From: Planctomycetota bacterium | GTDB taxonomy: Bacteria > Planctomycetota > PLA2 > JAEUHO01 | Reading direction: 5' to 3' | Assembly (NCBI GenBank): GCA_964228555.1 | Contig: CAXQZU010000030.1 | Location: 61,649-125,648, forward strand | Length of the DNA stretch: 64,000 nt | Made by a program: the position numbers and the translations under genes | Part shown: positions 59,093-64,000 of the stretch, in pieces | How positions within the stretch are numbered: position 1 is the stretch's first letter | Layout of the letters: each line of letters begins with the position of its first letter | Notes under the pieces: generated by a model | Told to the model about the DNA's origin: nothing | Databases searched by the model: none | What the model saw: only the letters and a program-made list of their open reading frames with translations

Positions 59093-60025
59093 ATGCGCAC
59101 GCTCGCCCTCGGCACGCTGGCCCTTGCCACCCTCTGCGCGGCTCCGCTGCCCCTGCTGGGGGCGCAGGGCGGCGCAGGCCCCGTGCCGCCCGCGCCGGTG
59201 CCGCCGCCGCTGCCCGCGCCGCAGGCGCCCGCGATGGACCCGGCCGCGGGACAGGCCTTCGCGCAGCGGCTCTTCGACGAGGCCGTGCGCTGGGTGGCGA
59301 AGGGCCAGGCCGGGCTGTCCAAGGTGACCGACTTCACCGTGGCGCTGGACGCGCGCTTCGAGCTGGACAACACGCGCCATGAGGGGCCGATGCGCGTGTG
59401 GCTGCAGCTGCCGGACCTGTACCGGCAGGAGCTGACGATGTCCAACGTCACGACCACGAAGGTCATGAACCGCGGCCTGCTCTACGTGCGCGAGGGCACG
59501 GGCCCCTTCCGGCCCATGAACCGGACCGCCGACGGGGCCGGCGCCGTCAAGCAGGCGCAGGAGGACATGGTCCGCCTCGAGGACCTGACCAAGTTCCTGA
59601 CGCTCGAGGGGCTCAAGGGCCCCGGCGTCGTGTTCGAGTTCGACGGGCAGCGCAAGCCGTCGGGCACCTACGCGCGCAAGGACGGCGACCAGACGTGGAT
59701 GAAGATCGTGCGCAAGGCGCCGGGCAAGCCCAACATCACGTTCTGGCTCGCTCACGAGGCGGATGCGCAGGGCATCACGCGCGCGACCTACCCCGGGGTG
59801 GTGCGCGTGGATGGCGACGCCGCGCAGGGCATCCCCACCGAGGACTTCATCCTGCAGGACTGGGTGGACTCGCCGCCCGACCAGCCGCGCGCGTACCGCT
59901 ACCCGCGCAAGATCGTGGCCTTCCAGATCAAGCCGGGCCTCGAGCCGATCAACTTCCTCAACGCCATCGTCGAGGACCTGAAGATCAACACGGGCATCGA
60001 CGCCACGCGCTTCGAGCCGCGCTGA
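59093..60025 (+). CDS. Hypothetical secreted protein (310 aa) with a Pro-rich segment after the signal peptide
   Basis: Signal peptide MRTLALGTLALATLCAAPLPLLGAQG. No catalytic motif recognised. It is transcribed divergently from the M16 pair. Confidence 0.5.
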   Translation: MRTLALGTLALATLCAAPLPLLGAQGGAGPVPPAPVPPPLPAPQAPAMDPAAGQAFAQRLFDEAVRWVAKGQAGLSKVTDFTVALDARFELDNTRHEGPMRVWLQLPDLYRQELTMSNVTTTKVMNRGLLYVREGTGPFRPMNRTADGAGAVKQAQEDMVRLEDLTKFLTLEGLKGPGVVFEFDGQRKPSGTYARKDGDQTWMKIVRKAPGKPNITFWLAHEADAQGITRATYPGVVRVDGDAAQGIPTEDFILQDWVDSPPDQPRAYRYPRKIVAFQIKPGLEPINFLNAIVEDLKINTGIDATRFEPR

Positions 60026-60084
60026 GGGGTCCTCCGCCGCGCCCGGCGTCACGAGGCCCGGCAGGCCCGCTGGCCGGGCCGCGC

Positions 60085-61968
60085 CTAGACGGTGCGGTGG
60101 AACCAGCGCTCCAGCTCGCGGCGCGAGAGCACCAGCCGGGTGGGACGGCCGTGCGGGCAGGAGTGCGCGTGGTTGAGCGCCTCGGCCTGCGCCATCAGCG
60201 CCAGCACCTCGTCCGGGTGCAGGACATCGCCAGCCATCACGGCAGCGCGGCAGGCCATGCGGTCCACCGCGCTGCTCAGGAGCGCCGTGCGTGACAGGCC
60301 CTCCTTGCGGCCCTGCGCCAGCACCCCCAGCACCTCGTCCAGCGCCGCCTGCGGATCCGGGCGTCGCAGCACGGCGGGCAGGCCCCGCACCGCCAGCGCG
60401 CCAGGGCCGAAGGGCTCCACCACCCAGCCCAGCGTGCGCAGGAACGCCTGCTCTTCCTCCAGGCGCGCCGCGGCCGCCGCACCCAGCGTCACGACGCTGG
60501 GCACCAGCAGGTACTGGACCTCCAGCTGCCCGGCGGCCTCGAGGCGCGCATTGATGCGGTCGAACAGGACGCGTTCATGCAGGGCGTGCTGGTCCACCAG
60601 CACGATCTCCTCCGGGCCCTCGAAGACGAGGTAGGTGCCCAGCGCCTGCCCCAGCGGCCGCAGGCCCGCCGGCGCCGCAGGGGCCGCGGCGTGCTGCCCT
60701 GCTGCGCGTGGCCCCGCCTCGCCCGCGCCGCCGCCCTGCCGGAGCCCGCTGCCCTGCTCGGCGACGGCCCCCGTGGCGGCCTGGCCCGCAGGAGGGCCCG
60801 GCCAGGCGCCCGCCTCCTTCCCATGGTCGTGCGTGCAGGAGGCACCACCCGGCCGCGCCGCCCCCGGCACGGCACCTGCCGGTGCACCGCTCCCCCGGCC
60901 GAACACCATCTCCACGGTCTGGGCCAGCCGCTCCAGCACGGGGCCGGAGGGCGCCGGGGCGATGCTGCGGCCCGGCGCAGCCTCCTCGAGCGCCTGGCGC
61001 AGGGCCGTGCGCACGGAGGCGTGCGCAGCGCCCGGGTCGCGCCAGCGCACCTCGGCCTTGGCGGGATGCACGTTCACGTCCACGCGCGCCGGGTCGCAGG
61101 CGAGGAACAGGAAGGCCACAGGATGGCGCCCGCCGGGCGGCACCAGGTCGCGGTAGGCTTCCTTGAGCGCGTGCAGCACGGTCTTGTCGCGCACGTGCCG
61201 GCCGTTGAGGAACACCTGCTGGAGGCGTTGGTCACCCCGCGTGAGCGTGGGCGGGCTGATCCACCCCTCCAGCGAGGGCACGGTGCCGGGAGCCTGCACG
61301 TGCAGCAGGGCACGCGCCACCTCGGGGCCGTGCAGGCGCTCGATGCGTGCCCGCCGGTCCTCGCCCGGCGGGCAGTCCAGCACCGTGCGCTCGCCGTGCA
61401 GCAGGGTGAACCCGACGGCCGGCCATGCCAGCGCCAGGCGCTCCAGCAGGTCGGCCACGTGGCCCGCCTCGGTCTGTGCCGTGCGCAGGAACTTGCGCCG
61501 CGCCGGCACGTGGCCGAACAGGTTCTCGACCCGCACCACCGTGCCCTGCTGGGCCGCGGCCGGCGTCACCGCGCCCACCTCGCCCTCGCGGTCCTCGATG
61601 GCGTGGCCCGAGGCGGCCTCGCGCGCGCGAGAGACGATGCGCGCCCGCGACACGCTGCCGATGCTCGCCAGCGCCTCGCCGCGGAAGCCGAGGCTGGCGA
61701 CGTGCTCGAGGTCGCCCACGGCGACGATCTTGCTCGTCGCGTGGGGCGCGAAGGCCAGCTGGAGGTCGTCGGGGTCCATGCCCCAGCCGTCGTCGGCGAC
61801 CTCGATCAGCGCCTTGCCCCCATCCTCCAGCCGCACCCGGATGCGCCGTGCCCCGGCGTCGAGGGCGTTCTCGACCAGTTCCTTGACGACCGACGAGGGG
61901 CGCTCCACCACCTCGCCCGCGGCGATCTGGTTGACGACATGCGGGTCCAGTCGGCGGATGCGGGCCAC
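60085..61968 (-). CDS. mutL: DNA mismatch repair protein MutL
   Basis: GHKL ATPase N-terminus with IAAGEVVERPSSVVKELVENALDAG and DNGWGM motifs, and the C-terminal dimerisation domain with endonuclease-type motifs. Confidence 0.9.
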   Translation of the reverse strand: MARIRRLDPHVVNQIAAGEVVERPSSVVKELVENALDAGARRIRVRLEDGGKALIEVADDGWGMDPDDLQLAFAPHATSKIVAVGDLEHVASLGFRGEALASIGSVSRARIVSRAREAASGHAIEDREGEVGAVTPAAAQQGTVVRVENLFGHVPARRKFLRTAQTEAGHVADLLERLALAWPAVGFTLLHGERTVLDCPPGEDRRARIERLHGPEVARALLHVQAPGTVPSLEGWISPPTLTRGDQRLQQVFLNGRHVRDKTVLHALKEAYRDLVPPGGRHPVAFLFLACDPARVDVNVHPAKAEVRWRDPGAAHASVRTALRQALEEAAPGRSIAPAPSGPVLERLAQTVEMVFGRGSGAPAGAVPGAARPGGASCTHDHGKEAGAWPGPPAGQAATGAVAEQGSGLRQGGGAGEAGPRAAGQHAAAPAAPAGLRPLGQALGTYLVFEGPEEIVLVDQHALHERVLFDRINARLEAAGQLEVQYLLVPSVVTLGAAAAARLEEEQAFLRTLGWVVEPFGPGALAVRGLPAVLRRPDPQAALDEVLGVLAQGRKEGLSRTALLSSAVDRMACRAAVMAGDVLHPDEVLALMAQAEALNHAHSCPHGRPTRLVLSRRELERWFHRTV

Positions 61969-61980
61969 GAGGCGACGAGG

Positions 61981-63213
61981 CTACGGTCGCGGTGGGACGG
62001 AGGCCACCAGTGCCACCACGAGGCGCGTCAGCGCCGTGGCCGGCGGCACGGCGCCCGTCTTCACGCCCTCCTCCGCCTCGAGGAAGTGCACGTTGTCCTG
62101 CTGCCACGCGCGCGCCGGCTGCCGGCGGCAGCGGCGCACGAACGCCTCGGCACGGAAGGGCGGCACGCCGCCGGCCCGGGCCACCTCGCCCTCCGGCTCG
62201 CCGCGCGCGAGGGCCTCGGCCCCGGCGAGCGCACGACGCCAGCCCGCGTGCAGGGCCGCGCACACCATGGGGAACAGCGACTCGGGCTGCGTGATGGCCA
62301 CGCCCCGCGCGTCCACCAGGCCCTGCGCGAGCGCGTTCTCGAGCAAGGCCAGCGCCTCGGCCCGCCGGCCGTCGAGCACCGCCTCGCCCAGGGCCCACAC
62401 GGCCTCCTCCCGGGTGCCGCGGAAGCAGGCGTCGAGGTCCTCGGCGCCCAGGCTGGTGCGCGTCCCCGCGTGGCGCGCGAGCGTCTCCAGCGCCTGCTCG
62501 AGGTCACCGAGCTCGCGGCCCACGGCGCGCGTGAGTGCGTGGGCCTCGGGCAAGGCCATGGTCTTGCCGTGCGCCTGCCTCGCACGCCGCGAGAGGTGCC
62601 GGGCCAGCTCGTGCTCGTGCTCGGCCGCGTTGCGCTCCCACGGACCGGGCGCGTCGTAGAGCGCGCGGCAGTCCACCACGAGCGCGCCCTTCTTCGCCAG
62701 GCTGGCCAGCGGGATGGCTCCCTGGCCCTTGACGGGCTTGGACGTGGACAGCACCAGCAGCGACCCCTCGATGCGAGCCTCCAGCGCCGGCTCGCACAAG
62801 GCCATGAACGGCGAGCGCACGCTGCGCGCGGCCGGTGCCGCCTCCTCGCCCTGTCCCGGCGGCTCGCGCCCGTCGTCCTCCGGGTCGCCCAGCGCGACGG
62901 CACCCGCAGCGCCCAGCGCCTCGGGGTGGTCCACCACCACGAGGCGACCGCCGCCGAACAGGCTGCCCGCGCGCAGCTCCTCCGCGGCCCCGAAGGCCTG
63001 CTCGCGCTGCGCCGGGTCGCGCGCGCTGATGCGCGTGCAGGCCCCGCCCGGGTCGCCCTCCGGGAACATGCGCGCGCGCAGGGCGGCGATGGCAGCGTCA
63101 CGGAACCACGCCTCGGCCCCTGCCAGCACGATCACCGGCGGCAGGTCCATGCGCGCGACCCCGTCGAGGAACTGCGAGGCAGGCAACGGTCCCTCGGCGG
63201 CCTGGCGCGGCAT
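61981..63213 (-). CDS. holA: DNA polymerase III delta subunit-like protein
   Basis: N-terminal clamp-loader delta pattern (PPVIVLAGAEAWFRDAAIAAL) and AAA+-like lid helices. It lies immediately downstream of the UbiA-family gene and upstream of mutL. The assignment is at family level only. Confidence 0.5.
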   Translation of the reverse strand: MPRQAAEGPLPASQFLDGVARMDLPPVIVLAGAEAWFRDAAIAALRARMFPEGDPGGACTRISARDPAQREQAFGAAEELRAGSLFGGGRLVVVDHPEALGAAGAVALGDPEDDGREPPGQGEEAAPAARSVRSPFMALCEPALEARIEGSLLVLSTSKPVKGQGAIPLASLAKKGALVVDCRALYDAPGPWERNAAEHEHELARHLSRRARQAHGKTMALPEAHALTRAVGRELGDLEQALETLARHAGTRTSLGAEDLDACFRGTREEAVWALGEAVLDGRRAEALALLENALAQGLVDARGVAITQPESLFPMVCAALHAGWRRALAGAEALARGEPEGEVARAGGVPPFRAEAFVRRCRRQPARAWQQDNVHFLEAEEGVKTGAVPPATALTRLVVALVASVPPRP

Positions 63214-63252
63214 GCGGGCAGCATCGCACGCCGCCGGGACGGCGGGCAGTGA

Positions 63253-64000
63253 CTAGGCGGGGCCGCGGCCCAGCGCGTCCACGATGCCGGCCACGCCCAG
63301 CAGCACGGCCACGAGCCCGTTGAGCGGCATGAGCGCCGCGTTGGCCGGCCCCACGCCCTCCCGGCGCGCCAGCCGGTGGGCGCGGGCCAGCAGGAGCACG
63401 CTCAACCCCAGCGCCACGGCCGACCAGCGCACGAGGCCCGCGTGCCAGCCGGCCAGCGCGAACAGCGCCACGCAGCCGGCGTGCATCGCCAGCGCCACGC
63501 CCAGCGAGCGCTCCACCCCCAGCCGCGCCGGGATCGAGTGCAGCCCCAGCCGACGGTCCACCTCCATGTCCTGGCACGCGTAGATCACGTCGAAGCCCGC
63601 CACCCAGAGCACCACGGCGCTGCCCAGCAGCAAGGGGAAGCGCAGGTCGCCCGACAGGTCGCCGCGGGCGGCCACCCAGGCCCCCAGCGGGGCCAGCCCC
63701 AGCGCGACGCCCACGCCCAGGTGCGCAAGGCTGGTGAAGCGCTTGAGGAACGAGTAGCCCAGCAGCACGAGCATCACCAGCGGGGCGAGGACCAGCGCCA
63801 GCGTGCCCAGCATGGCAGCCGCCCCGAAGAACAGGGCCAGCATCAGCAGCGTGAAGGCCCAGGCGAAGCGCACCGACACCGCGCCCGTGACGAGGTGCCG
63901 CGTGGCCGTGCGCGGGTTCTGTGCATCGAGGTGCCGGTCCGCGAGCCGGTTCACCCCCATCGCTGCACTGCGCGCCGAGACCAGCGCCAGCAGCACCCAG
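63253..64000 (-). CDS. UbiA-family aromatic prenyltransferase, partial (5' end beyond window)
   Basis: Polytopic membrane protein with a UbiA-like Asp-rich region (DVIYACQDMEVD) and HLVTGAVS-type helices. The ORF reaches the window edge. Confidence 0.65.
   Translation of the reverse strand, partial: WVLLALVSARSAAMGVNRLADRHLDAQNPRTATRHLVTGAVSVRFAWAFTLLMLALFFGAAAMLGTLALVLAPLVMLVLLGYSFLKRFTSLAHLGVGVALGLAPLGAWVAARGDLSGDLRFPLLLGSAVVLWVAGFDVIYACQDMEVDRRLGLHSIPARLGVERSLGVALAMHAGCVALFALAGWHAGLVRWSAVALGLSVLLLARAHRLARREGVGPANAALMPLNGLVAVLLGVAGIVDALGRGPA

Overview
This is a 64 kb, very GC-rich (about 72%) chromosomal window with tightly packed genes, many start/stop overlaps and no recognisable mobile elements, CRISPR arrays or rRNA. 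The gene content suggests a Myxococcota-type high-GC bacterium, but that is inference. Housekeeping anchors are the alaS 5' end, recA, tRNA-Leu(CAG), gpt, tkt, leuS, mutL, a holA-like gene and a UbiA-family prenyltransferase. The window is rich in secreted or lipoprotein-anchored zinc peptidases (M43, M1-like, three M16) plus a signal-peptide tricorn-like S41 protease. It also holds five secreted HEAT-repeat proteins, a 5-heme multiheme cytochrome c, two ABC systems (an ABC-2 transporter with two permeases, and a TolC-HlyD-MacB-FtsX efflux set), an ABC-F ATPase, an NfeD-flotillin pair with a downstream sirtuin, and crcB coupled to a GAF histidine kinase. The most novel-looking element is a tandem pair of paralogous double-zinc-ribbon, C-terminally membrane-anchored proteins directly downstream of, and probably co-transcribed with, the tricorn-like protease. 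Other candidate uncharacterised modules are a lipoprotein / flippase-like / PfkB kinase / 2H-phosphoesterase operon, an M16-M16-WYL regulator operon, and a cytochrome coupled to a HEAT lipoprotein. Many long ORFs in the six-frame track are opposite-strand or off-frame artefacts of the high GC content and were not called. Coordinates taken from my own reading of the sequence may be off by a base or so. Track coordinates are authoritative.
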